64,000 bases of DNA from a virus. Where the stretch lies: positions 1 through 64,000 of the IMG/VR virus record IMGVR_UViG_3300032373_000002; one strand, given 5' to 3'. Made by a program: the position numbers and the translations under genes. Below the pieces are notes generated by a model. The model was not told the DNA's origin, did not search any database, and was given only the letters and a program-made list of their open reading frames with translations. How positions within the stretch are numbered: position 1 is the stretch's first letter; each line of letters opens with the position of its first letter. Shown piece by piece: positions 9,722-18,755 of the stretch.

Positions 9722-10791
9722 CCATCCGCCCAGACCTCATCGCCAACCGCTACGACGGTCTTCCTGTGGGACCCTCCCTGTACTACAGCTTTGAGACTCA
9801 GCAGGGCATTCCGGTCGATGGGTCTCGCCCGGAGCTGCGGGAGAAGTCCCCTTTCACCATCACCCTCCTCCCCCCGGAGCTGGGCGCTGGGGCCGTATCC
9901 CAAGAGGGCTCCAACATCGACATCTACAGCCGGGCACGGGAGAGCCTCGTGGCTCAAGAGCGTGCTGCGAATGCTGTGAGGAACCTGTTCGGGGCCAGCT
10001 CCGTGTCTGGCTCCGAGGGGGCGAGTCTCCGGCTGGCAGGGCTCCAACAGATCGTGAGCGCGGGTCAAGAGATCCAGCGGGCGACCGCCAACACCGAGCG
10101 GGCAGTGCTCGTAGACCAATACACTGCAGCCGACATCCTGTACCAGGTGGAGCTGATGCTTCAGGTGCCGCCTCTCACCCTCCTGATCAACCCCAGCGAG
10201 CTGAGCATCTCCTACACCTCGATTCAGAAGTTCTCCGACGCCAGCCGGGAGGGGTTCATCTTCGATCGGTGGGGGGAGGCCCAGCCCTCTATGAGCATCA
10301 GCGGATCCACGGGAGGCTACATCGCGGGACTGAATCCCCTTCAGGCCAACCCGCTGTTGGCCGAGACCTCTACTCCGACGGGCCTCCAGTTCGCCAGCAG
10401 GCCCAACTCCGCCGCGTGGCAGAATTTCATGAGCCTGTACCACTTCTACAGGAACAACGGCTACATCTACGACACCGTTCGAGGCTCCCGCGCTAACCTC
10501 ATGGTGGGGGCGGTGGCCATCGACTACGACGGATGGCGCTGGGTGGGCCACTTCGAGGACTTCGATTTCACCGAGAGCGAAGATCAGCAGCATCGGATGG
10601 AGTACTCGATGACATTCACCATTGACCGCATCTACGACAACTCAGGTCAGTCCTTGAGCGTCGTCCCATACCAGGGCAGCTCCTCCCCCTCCACAGTAGC
10701 AGCAAGGCCCAGCTCCTTGGGCGGTGGCCTCGGAGGCAATGGGAGCCCGCCCCTCTTGGGGCAGGTGCCGTTGGACCTGATCCCTGGGTAA
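9718..10791 (+). CDS. tail tube initiator / baseplate protein (paralog 2)
   Basis: LLINPSELSISY...GFIFDRWG...STGG aligns with 9068 gene. Confidence 0.6.
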   Translation: MTIRPDLIANRYDGLPVGPSLYYSFETQQGIPVDGSRPELREKSPFTITLLPPELGAGAVSQEGSNIDIYSRARESLVAQERAANAVRNLFGASSVSGSEGASLRLAGLQQIVSAGQEIQRATANTERAVLVDQYTAADILYQVELMLQVPPLTLLINPSELSISYTSIQKFSDASREGFIFDRWGEAQPSMSISGSTGGYIAGLNPLQANPLLAETSTPTGLQFASRPNSAAWQNFMSLYHFYRNNGYIYDTVRGSRANLMVGAVAIDYDGWRWVGHFEDFDFTESEDQQHRMEYSMTFTIDRIYDNSGQSLSVVPYQGSSSPSTVAARPSSLGGGLGGNGSPPLLGQVPLDLIPG

Positions 10792-10800
10792 TGGGAGCCC

Positions 10801-11088
10801 ATGAAAACCCAAGCCCGACAGCTGGCAGAAGAAATTCCCCTCTACGGAATCTCCAACGAGGAGGAGCTGTACGCCGCCCACCAAGAGTGTACCTTCTGCT
10901 ATGTCCGCAACGACGGCTTCTACAAGGTCTACGGCTTCGATGACGGCAGCCTGCTGTGCTTCGACCAAGAAGACTGGAAGTGGAAGACCGTCCGCCGCCG
11001 CAAGAACAGGTGGGAGGACGAGACCGGCAAGTACCTGGCCACCCTGAAAGGAGCGGAGCCGGTCTACTGGACCCGGTACGACCCATGA
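10801..11088 (+). CDS. hypothetical protein
   Basis: ORF coupled (ATGA) to next gene. Confidence 0.6.
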   Translation: MKTQARQLAEEIPLYGISNEEELYAAHQECTFCYVRNDGFYKVYGFDDGSLLCFDQEDWKWKTVRRRKNRWEDETGKYLATLKGAEPVYWTRYDP

Positions 11089-11480
11089 ACTTCGCTCCGT
11101 TCCCGGGTGAAGACCTGGAGCTGAGGTGCCTCCTCGACGAGTGGGGTCGAGCCGCTGCACCCTCAGAGGTCTTCCCTTGGAATGCTACGAGCCGAGAGCT
11201 TCGAGAAGCTCTACTGCATAGGTTGGCGCGTCGACTCCGCCCACGAGAGGCAACCCTATTCGAAGGTACGGCGAAGTCTCGACAGCCCTTCTTGCCTTCT
11301 CGGACCTTCGAGCACAACCTGCGGTCCCTCCAGTACCAACCGACAGCCTGTCACCTTCCCGGAGCCTTCCCCGGAGTCCACTCGGACCCCAACATCGTCC
11401 GGGTCGGCTTCTACAGCGAAGTAACTTGCCTGTACCCCGGCAGGTTTCAAGAGAAGACCTGGGTCAAGGTCATTCGGTGA
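11085..11480 (+). CDS. hypothetical protein, 'PFxG..EL..L.EDW' family
   Basis: MNFAPFPGEDLELRCLLDEW; ATGA overlap. Confidence 0.55.
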   Translation: MNFAPFPGEDLELRCLLDEWGRAAAPSEVFPWNATSRELREALLHRLARRLRPREATLFEGTAKSRQPFLPSRTFEHNLRSLQYQPTACHLPGAFPGVHSDPNIVRVGFYSEVTCLYPGRFQEKTWVKVIR

Positions 11481-12226
11481 GGCCGTTCTACCCAGGACCT
11501 CGAGAAGAACTCGCCATGCTCGTCGAGGACTGGGCCAGCGTAGCGCAACCGGGAGACCTCTTCCGCGGGAACATCTTCCCCGAGCGCACCGCCGAAGAAC
11601 TCCTGCGAAGAGAGAGCACCAACCCCTTCTGGGAAGGCGTTCTGCACCACAAGCTGGTAGACCCGATCGACCCGGATCGGTCAGAACTGTCTTCCTCCGC
11701 CACCCACCTCTACGGAAGAGTGAACCTTGCGTCCCTGCTCGGGGATATCGAGGGGGGCGAACCTCGACGGGCGGATCGAGTGATGAAGATGGCCCTGGAC
11801 AGGGAAGTTCCCACCTTGACAGGCCGTGCCAAGTACAGGAAGATCCCGGGGGACGTACCGTTCCCGAAGTGCCTCCACCGGATGGCTGCTGCCGCCCAGC
11901 GGGACCGCGAAGCCCTCAAGGAATCGGAGGACGTGCTCTCCCTCGGTCCGAGGGAGAGCGTGCAGACCCGCCACTGGCTCATGAGTCGAATCCGGCGCAT
12001 GCGAGCGGAGTTCGTGGCGGGTCCCGACATCCTTTGGTTTGAGGGTGAGATAGGCACCTACCGATATGGGGTGTGTCGTAGGGTGCGGCGGGCCTCTCGA
12101 GAGCGGTTCGTCGAAGAGACCTTCCGGGAATGCCGGATCTTACTGCATCCCGGTGTCCCTCTCTATTGGTGCAACGCCAAAGACTTGACCGCAGCGCTCA
12201 GGGTGAGGCTTGGGTACTCGCCGTAA
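11477..12226 (+). CDS. hypothetical protein, 'PFxG..EL..L.EDW' family
   Basis: GTGA overlap; MRPFYPGPREELAMLVEDW. Confidence 0.6.
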   Translation: MRPFYPGPREELAMLVEDWASVAQPGDLFRGNIFPERTAEELLRRESTNPFWEGVLHHKLVDPIDPDRSELSSSATHLYGRVNLASLLGDIEGGEPRRADRVMKMALDREVPTLTGRAKYRKIPGDVPFPKCLHRMAAAAQRDREALKESEDVLSLGPRESVQTRHWLMSRIRRMRAEFVAGPDILWFEGEIGTYRYGVCRRVRRASRERFVEETFRECRILLHPGVPLYWCNAKDLTAALRVRLGYSP

Positions 12227-12234
12227 GTACCTCT

Positions 12235-12642
12235 ATGGAAACAATCACCGTAGAAGTCAACCTCACCGACGAAGACCTGCGCGCTGGCCACTACGCCATG
12301 ATGCGCCACTTTGGGGTCGAGGGCGACGAGAAGATGACCCCCGAGGACTACAAGGACTGGATCCTGAGCCGCATCATCGGGGCGGGCATGGCCCGCAAGC
12401 GGGACCGGATGAATTGGGCTAAGGGAGGCTGGGGCCGCCACCCCAACCTCCGCAAAGAAGACCAGCAGGTCGTTCGGGGTGGGACTCAGGTGACGCTGGA
12501 GTTGCCCGTTCGAGTCACCGACCCCCGCCAAGGCTCCTGGGAGTGCGAGCCTTCCCCCAACGGCACCTGCTGGTACGACGAGCGGAAGGATCCCTGCTGG
12601 GATTTCTGCGTGTTCTGTGGCGGACCTCACGAACGCAAGTAG
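12235..12642 (+). CDS. Cys/His Zn-binding protein (paralog of 14392)
   Basis: ITVEVNLTDEDL.AG...CWYDERKDP.WD.C.FCG.PH.RK. Confidence 0.75.
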   Translation: METITVEVNLTDEDLRAGHYAMMRHFGVEGDEKMTPEDYKDWILSRIIGAGMARKRDRMNWAKGGWGRHPNLRKEDQQVVRGGTQVTLELPVRVTDPRQGSWECEPSPNGTCWYDERKDPCWDFCVFCGGPHERK

Positions 12643-12678
12643 GCCCTTGGGGGGTAGGGTGCCTCTAAGGAGGGCACT

Positions 12679-12900
12679 ATGCTCATCACGAAAGGCGACG
12701 CAATCGGCACTCGCGCGAAGGTGTTCAAGGATGGGGTTCAGCTGGGATGCGTGACCCAGATCGACCTACACACGCTCCGGTTCCAACGGCTGACGCCTGA
12801 GAGCATCGACAGGCAGCTCCACGACCCCAACTTCAGGGAGGCGGATCAGGTCGTGTACGAGGATGTGGCCGACGAGGTTCGGATCTCCCCTCCCCGGTAA
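12679..12900 (+). CDS. hypothetical protein
   Basis: AAGGAGG RBS. Confidence 0.6.
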   Translation: MLITKGDAIGTRAKVFKDGVQLGCVTQIDLHTLRFQRLTPESIDRQLHDPNFREADQVVYEDVADEVRISPPR

Positions 12901-12908
12901 CGGGGGGC

Positions 12909-13580
12909 ATGACAGACTACCGACCCTTCTTGGGCTCTGAGCTGGAGCGAAACCTCATCCTGGAGGACTGGCTCCGCTCCGCAAAACCTGAAGAGCGGAC
13001 CAGGTTCAACCTGGTCCGCGTCGGTGGACTCGCCCATTACTTTCGCCGGAACCTTTGGAGACACGTGTTAAGGGTGGAGGAATCCCCCGAAGGCTTCGAA
13101 GACGGCTACACGTTCCAGTCCCTTAGTCAGGCAAGACCTCGGGACCTCCACAACGTCAGACTGGAGGTCTACGGCAAGTCCCTGGACCACTTCCTGCACC
13201 AAGAGAGCGGGTTCCGGGAGGACGCTACCTACAGGAAGATCGAAGACCGTGAGGAGGCGATCTTCATCTTGGTCCCGACGGAGACGTACTACACAGCCAA
13301 GCGGGAATGGTCGGTTGCTCGCCCCTCGTTCCGGGAGCGCGGATTTCCAATCCGCTGGGAGACCTGGAGGCACCCCTTCCCCAAGGGTAAGGAGGTCTTC
13401 TGGTTCTCGGAACCCCTCGGGAAGGTGGAATGGGCAGCGAGGCTGGCAGGTAAGAAGACGAAAGAGGGCCTGACCTCCTGGGCCTTCCAGGGCCTCCTGC
13501 GTCGACGCGGGGACTGGACAGCGGGGCACTGGTGCCACCTGCATGACCTGTTCACGGCACTCTCCAAAGGGGACGAATGA
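12909..13580 (+). CDS. hypothetical protein, 'PFxG..EL..L.EDW' family
   Basis: MTDYRPFLGSELERNLILEDW. Confidence 0.65.
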   Translation: MTDYRPFLGSELERNLILEDWLRSAKPEERTRFNLVRVGGLAHYFRRNLWRHVLRVEESPEGFEDGYTFQSLSQARPRDLHNVRLEVYGKSLDHFLHQESGFREDATYRKIEDREEAIFILVPTETYYTAKREWSVARPSFRERGFPIRWETWRHPFPKGKEVFWFSEPLGKVEWAARLAGKKTKEGLTSWAFQGLLRRRGDWTAGHWCHLHDLFTALSKGDE

Positions 13581-13656
13581 AGAAGCCTCACTACAACCGG
13601 CCGGTCTGGTCCGGGGTTCCCGAAGGGACTGCCCAGAAGATGGCAGGCCTGGACTG

Positions 13657-14364
13657 ATGGAGCCAAGAGCCTGGGTCAGCGCAGAGGAATTCGAGCTGTT
13701 CATCCAAGATGCGACCACTCACGGTTGGCGGCTCCCTAAGAAACTGTTCAACTTAGAGGAAATCCTCACCGCGAAAACCCTGTGGGGGGGAGGCCTCCCT
13801 ATAGCCGAAGACGCTCGTTCCAGCCTGTTCAACCTCACTGCAGGGGGAAGCTCCGCCGTGTCCCCCGAGATCGGCGTCAGCCTCTCCTACCCCAGCGAAC
13901 GAAGAAACTGTCGGGGGCTATACAACATCATCGGCTACTACCGAAAGTGCTTGCTCCAAACCCTGATGCACCACCTGGTCAGTCCTGCGGGCGGGGTCAT
14001 TAGAGCCCCCGAGACCCCACTGTGGTTCCAAGGAGTGTTTCTGGCGAACCACACCCAGAGCCGAAACCTCTTCTTGAATCCGGGGTTCCAGACCCTCTAC
14101 GGTCGCCTGGCGGATTGGGACTACCTGAACCGACTACCCGAATTTGTGTTGGGGAAGGATCTCCCCGAGGACCGCATCTACTGGGCACCGTACCCCAAGG
14201 TGGCAGAGGTACTGGTGTGGGACCAGAGCGAGGCGACTATCCGGAACTCCCGGCTCTCCCTCCACTTGGGCTTTGGGGTGCACATGAGTCCTGTGAGAAT
14301 GCGCCCGCTCTACGAATACCGAGCAGAAGAGGTCTTGGGGTGGCTTGAGGGCTTCGCTCGGTAG
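13657..14364 (+). CDS. hypothetical protein
   Basis: ATG overlapping the stop of a 26-aa coupling ORF (13577-13657). Confidence 0.55.
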   Translation: MEPRAWVSAEEFELFIQDATTHGWRLPKKLFNLEEILTAKTLWGGGLPIAEDARSSLFNLTAGGSSAVSPEIGVSLSYPSERRNCRGLYNIIGYYRKCLLQTLMHHLVSPAGGVIRAPETPLWFQGVFLANHTQSRNLFLNPGFQTLYGRLADWDYLNRLPEFVLGKDLPEDRIYWAPYPKVAEVLVWDQSEATIRNSRLSLHLGFGVHMSPVRMRPLYEYRAEEVLGWLEGFAR

Positions 14365-14391
14365 AGTCTTGCCCCAGGCGTAAACCTGGGC

Positions 14392-14763
14392 ATGTACAAA
14401 GTCACCATCGAAGTCACCCTGACGGACGAGGACCTCCTCGCCGGTCAGTACGAGCTGACACTCCGACCGGCCGACACCATCACCGAGAAGATGCCGCCGG
14501 ACGAGTACCGGGACTGGATGCTCGGCCGGGACATCGCAGCAGGATTGGCCCGTCGCCGAGACCGATACAACTGGTGTCGACTTCACATGTGGGACGTGCC
14601 CAAGAAGAACGGCAAGCGGATAGGTGACATTCCGGACCCCCGCAAGGGTCGAAGGCAGTGCAACAACCAGCAGAACCCGACCGACACCTGCTGGTACGAT
14701 GAGCGGAAGGACCCGCGATGGGATCACTGCCTGTTCTGCGGCCAACCCCACACCCGGAAGTAG
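14392..14763 (+). CDS. Cys/His Zn-binding protein (paralog of 12235)
   Basis: VTIEVTLTDEDL.AG...CWYDERKDPRWDHCLFCGQPHTRK. Confidence 0.75.
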   Translation: MYKVTIEVTLTDEDLLAGQYELTLRPADTITEKMPPDEYRDWMLGRDIAAGLARRRDRYNWCRLHMWDVPKKNGKRIGDIPDPRKGRRQCNNQQNPTDTCWYDERKDPRWDHCLFCGQPHTRK

Positions 14764-14945
14764 GCTCAACCGTAGGCGGCGCGTGCGGCGGTCTCGTTGT
14801 CGAAGAGGCAGCAGCCCCAGTAGGTGTTGCTCTTGGCATTGTAGTGTGGATGGCCCGTCAAAGCGCGCCGACAGTATCCCCCTTGATGCGATCTTACCGG
14901 GTCGGTCGGTAGGCTATGGGGTAGCCCTAACAGGGAGGCTGCTCC

Positions 14946-17900
14946 GTGGGTCTACAAGATCGCCCCTTCATCGGGACGTACCAGCTTAACAGGACGCTTG
15001 TCCGGCATACCCCCGACGCCATCGTCTACATCAACGGGGTCAGGGACTTCGTCGTCTGCAGCTCCTGCAACCGGCGGCTGGATGTCAACAAGTACATCAC
15101 GTCCATCTCGGTGGATCCCTCCGTCGAGCCTGTCAGCAACGCCAACATTAGCCTGAGCATCCCCCGCAGTGAGAAGGACGTGTTCATCCACGGCGGGCAG
15201 TGGGTCCTGGACCGAGGGCTGGAAGTGGTCATCTTCATGCGGGGCTACTTCCCGATGAAGAACTTCGGTGGGTTGGGTCAGGACCCTGCGGACATCCCCG
15301 AGAACTACGACGCCAACGCCGTACCCCTGTACCCCTACTACCAGGTCTTCCGGGGGGTGGTGACCTCCGCCAGCCATTCCTACTCCGGGGGCTTCTACTC
15401 CCTGACGTTGAGCTGCGCGAACCTCCTCCACTTCTGGCAGAACCTGAAGCTGAGTGTCAACGGCTCCGTGTTCGGCAAGCGACCCTCCCAGTCTATGGTC
15501 GAGCCCAGTCTGGTCGGGCACAAGTTCACCGGGGCCAACCCCTACTCCATTATCTACACGCTGGTCAAGGTGGGCTTCGGTGCTGCGTATGGGGTGGACT
15601 TCCTGTTCAGCCAGAGCTCGAACATCCGAGCCACCTCCGACGCGGGTGATAAATCCCTCTACAAGCACGCGGCGGAGTGGTGGGAGCAGCGCTGGACCGA
15701 ACACTCTGGCAACCTGCGGATGTACGGGATCGACGGCACCATCTTCAACGCCTTCGAACAAGCCTACCTGGGCCGCTGGTACGACACCCGAGAGCGGTCC
15801 GCGACCGAGACTGCCTTCTACAGCACGGCCAAGCAAGTCTACACCGCCTTGAGGGACGCCAACGACTTCAATCCCCAGCGGAGCTCGGACCTGCTCCGGA
15901 AGGCGCGGCAACTGGGGTACGACCCGTATGCGACGACCGCTGCCATCTACGACACCTCGGGCGGAAACGGGCGCAAGTTCGCCACCGAAGACATCCTCCG
16001 CATGCAGGCGTTCACCCTGGACCTCGGGAAGCTCGGGGCCATCAACCTCTTCGAGACCGAGTACATGAGCAAGCTCGAGATCGCGGAGGCAGTGAAAGCT
16101 CTCACCGGCTACGAGTTCTATCAAGATGTTGACGGGGACCTCGTATTCAAGCCCCCCATGTACAACCTCGACACCCGCTCCGACCCCGTCTATGTCATCA
16201 AGGGGCGAGACCTCATCGACTTCAGCGAGACTGTGAATGAGCCCGAGGCCACCATGGTCAAGGGGACCGGGTCTCACTTCCAGAACCTGAGCGGGCACGG
16301 CATCGAGGGCTGGCTGGGCGTCGGGGCCGTGTACATCGACTACAGGCTGGTGGCCCAGTACGGCTACCGCGAAGAGACCTTTGAGACCTCCTACATGTCC
16401 AGCCGTCAGGCCATCTTCGTCTCCGCGATGAACAGGCTGGACCTGGCCAACGAGGGAGTAAGGTCCGCTTCGATTCAGATCCCCATGCGCCCTGAGCTTC
16501 GCCCAGGCTACCCCGTCTACGTCGAGACCCAGGACTGCTTTTACTACGCCAAGTCCCTCAGCCACTCCTTCCAGCTCAATGGTCAGTGTACCACCACCAT
16601 CAACGGGGTCGCTCGCCGAGCGAAGTGGTTGCCGCCCATGGAAGCCGGGGGGTCGGGGCTGCCCAGCATCGAACAGGTTCGCCTGGATGCGCCTGGGGAG
16701 TATCCTCAGCGGCCTCTGTATGCCTTCCCGCAGTACCTCAGTGAGACCGAAGGAAGTTCCGGCCCTCCCCGAGCCATCGGCTTTCCCAACGTGGTCCTGG
16801 CGCTGGATGCCGACAAAATCAACTTCAGCACCCTGGACTCTTCGGGGGCGGTGCCTTCGGTAGAGGCGTACCTTCAGGTCGCTCTCAGCTCCGGGTTCTT
16901 GGAGCGCGGGGAAGAGGCCGACACCTTTATCTTGAGGGTCAGCAACGAGGGCCAAGAGAGCATCACCCTGGCTCAGGTCCAACAAGAGTGGGATCAGGTC
17001 AGCGATGCCCTCCGGGCGGGGGACTTGAGTCCTGTGCTCGACACCACCCTCGGGAGGATCTTGGAGGCAATCCAGCGGCGGAACGGTGGCGTCGACGTCT
17101 CGAACCTTCAGGACTTGGTGAACCGGCTGGTGCTCCAGACCTCCTTGAAGTCAGTGTTTAGCCCTGGGACCTCCATCGCGGGCCAATACCGATACTTCTC
17201 GTCCTCCCACCCCTCCGCCGAGCATCAAGCCCCCGCTAACCTCTCCATCAACCAAGAGACCCAGGCAGTTCAGACCACAACACCCCCTGCCCCGGATGAA
17301 GGGTTCGCAGGTCCGGTCCGGATCCTTCGGGATGTCGGGGAGGGTAAGGGCGTCGGGGTTCGCCTGGGGATCCCCACCCGAGGGATTCAGGTCGCCTCCT
17401 TGAGCCAGAAAACCGGCACCAACGACCCCACTGTGGAGACCCAGACCGTCCGGACGGGAGACGTCCGCTTCGTCACCTTCGGTCCTCAGTTCACCCGGAA
17501 GCGCTTCCGGGTCAGCTACATCGACAACGGGCGCAGCCAGTACTGGAACTTCGACCTCAACGAGAAAGAAACCCGAGCAGCCTTCGCCACACTCCTCCGC
17601 AGCCGCTCCGATTCCGATGCCTCGAAGAGCATGAGCGACCGATTCGGCGAGGAGTACGACCGACTGGTAAGCAGCATCGATACCTTCGCGGCTAACTCTG
17701 GAGTCTCGGGGCTGAGCAAGGTGGCCTCCAAGCGGAACAGGGCCAGCTCAGTTTCGGTGGCGTTGGACTCCAACTCCCCGCTCCCAGACGGGAGCGCCGC
17801 CAACACCGCCTCGGCTACCTTCACTGACAAACCAGACCCCGCCGCCATAGAAACTGTCAGCGAGTACCTCGCCAGCGCCTTGTGGTCCTACACCCGTCAG

Positions 17901-18755
17901 GTCATCAAATCCACCCAACGGCAGCTGGGACGGGGCGGGGACTACACGACCCTGATGGAATTCCGCGCCCAATTTATCCAAGGCTACACAGATGGCGCGG
18001 CGCGAGTTCCCGACGCAGACCCCTCCAAGACCTACTTCTTCAGCGACGAGTACAACGAGACTGCCTCCTGGAGTCCGGTCTTCCCAGTCAGCGATGCTGC
18101 TGGCTATGAGGTATTCGGTTCCTTGCCCTACGGTCGTGGGGTGGACATCGAGAAGTACGCGGAGCTGATCCAGTCTAAGAACACCGGGGCAGCCACCGAC
18201 TCTGGGACTGAGGCTGCCGACAACTCCACCACTTTGGTGGGCACCAGCGGAGGGAGCAACGCCTCTTCCTTGGCCGCTATCGAGCAGTTCTTCGCGGGCT
18301 ACCTCATCACGGAAGATGCCCAAGAGGTGTTCAACTCGGACCTCCTGAGCGACGCCCAGCGTCAGGCAATCTTGGCGACCTTCAACACCACCGAAGAGAA
18401 CATCCAAGATGCCGTCGAGCAGCTGACCCATCAGGATGCCTCCCAGAACGCCAAGATCCGCAACACCCCCGTGACCTCGTTCTTCCGGGGCCAGTCGGTG
18501 AGCGGGGACGTGGCTGCAATCAATCTGGCCCGCATCGGCCTGGAGAACGACTTCTGCTTCTGTAGGGGAAGCGAGGCAGCGTTCTTGTTTCAGGCGCTCC
18601 AAGAAGAGTACATCGACCAGTTCCCCGAAGATCCAGTCCAGGGCTACTTGGAGGAACTGTCGACGCAGCAAGCCAGTTCTTGGCAGGCCGCCAGGGAAGC
18701 CTATGCTGGTCCCCTCGGCACAACCTCTCCGCCCGATAGCGGGAGCGACACATAA
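14946..18755 (+). CDS. baseplate hub protein (gp27/GpD-like) with long C-terminal extension
   Basis: VFRGVV...YEFYQDVDGDLVFKPPMYN...YG.R..ASIQIPMRPELRPGYPVY...Y...LSHSF....CTTTI are hub motifs. Confidence 0.75.
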   Translation: MGLQDRPFIGTYQLNRTLVRHTPDAIVYINGVRDFVVCSSCNRRLDVNKYITSISVDPSVEPVSNANISLSIPRSEKDVFIHGGQWVLDRGLEVVIFMRGYFPMKNFGGLGQDPADIPENYDANAVPLYPYYQVFRGVVTSASHSYSGGFYSLTLSCANLLHFWQNLKLSVNGSVFGKRPSQSMVEPSLVGHKFTGANPYSIIYTLVKVGFGAAYGVDFLFSQSSNIRATSDAGDKSLYKHAAEWWEQRWTEHSGNLRMYGIDGTIFNAFEQAYLGRWYDTRERSATETAFYSTAKQVYTALRDANDFNPQRSSDLLRKARQLGYDPYATTAAIYDTSGGNGRKFATEDILRMQAFTLDLGKLGAINLFETEYMSKLEIAEAVKALTGYEFYQDVDGDLVFKPPMYNLDTRSDPVYVIKGRDLIDFSETVNEPEATMVKGTGSHFQNLSGHGIEGWLGVGAVYIDYRLVAQYGYREETFETSYMSSRQAIFVSAMNRLDLANEGVRSASIQIPMRPELRPGYPVYVETQDCFYYAKSLSHSFQLNGQCTTTINGVARRAKWLPPMEAGGSGLPSIEQVRLDAPGEYPQRPLYAFPQYLSETEGSSGPPRAIGFPNVVLALDADKINFSTLDSSGAVPSVEAYLQVALSSGFLERGEEADTFILRVSNEGQESITLAQVQQEWDQVSDALRAGDLSPVLDTTLGRILEAIQRRNGGVDVSNLQDLVNRLVLQTSLKSVFSPGTSIAGQYRYFSSSHPSAEHQAPANLSINQETQAVQTTTPPAPDEGFAGPVRILRDVGEGKGVGVRLGIPTRGIQVASLSQKTGTNDPTVETQTVRTGDVRFVTFGPQFTRKRFRVSYIDNGRSQYWNFDLNEKETRAAFATLLRSRSDSDASKSMSDRFGEEYDRLVSSIDTFAANSGVSGLSKVASKRNRASSVSVALDSNSPLPDGSAANTASATFTDKPDPAAIETVSEYLASALWSYTRQVIKSTQRQLGRGGDYTTLMEFRAQFIQGYTDGAARVPDADPSKTYFFSDEYNETASWSPVFPVSDAAGYEVFGSLPYGRGVDIEKYAELIQSKNTGAATDSGTEAADNSTTLVGTSGGSNASSLAAIEQFFAGYLITEDAQEVFNSDLLSDAQRQAILATFNTTEENIQDAVEQLTHQDASQNAKIRNTPVTSFFRGQSVSGDVAAINLARIGLENDFCFCRGSEAAFLFQALQEEYIDQFPEDPVQGYLEELSTQQASSWQAAREAYAGPLGTTSPPDSGSDT

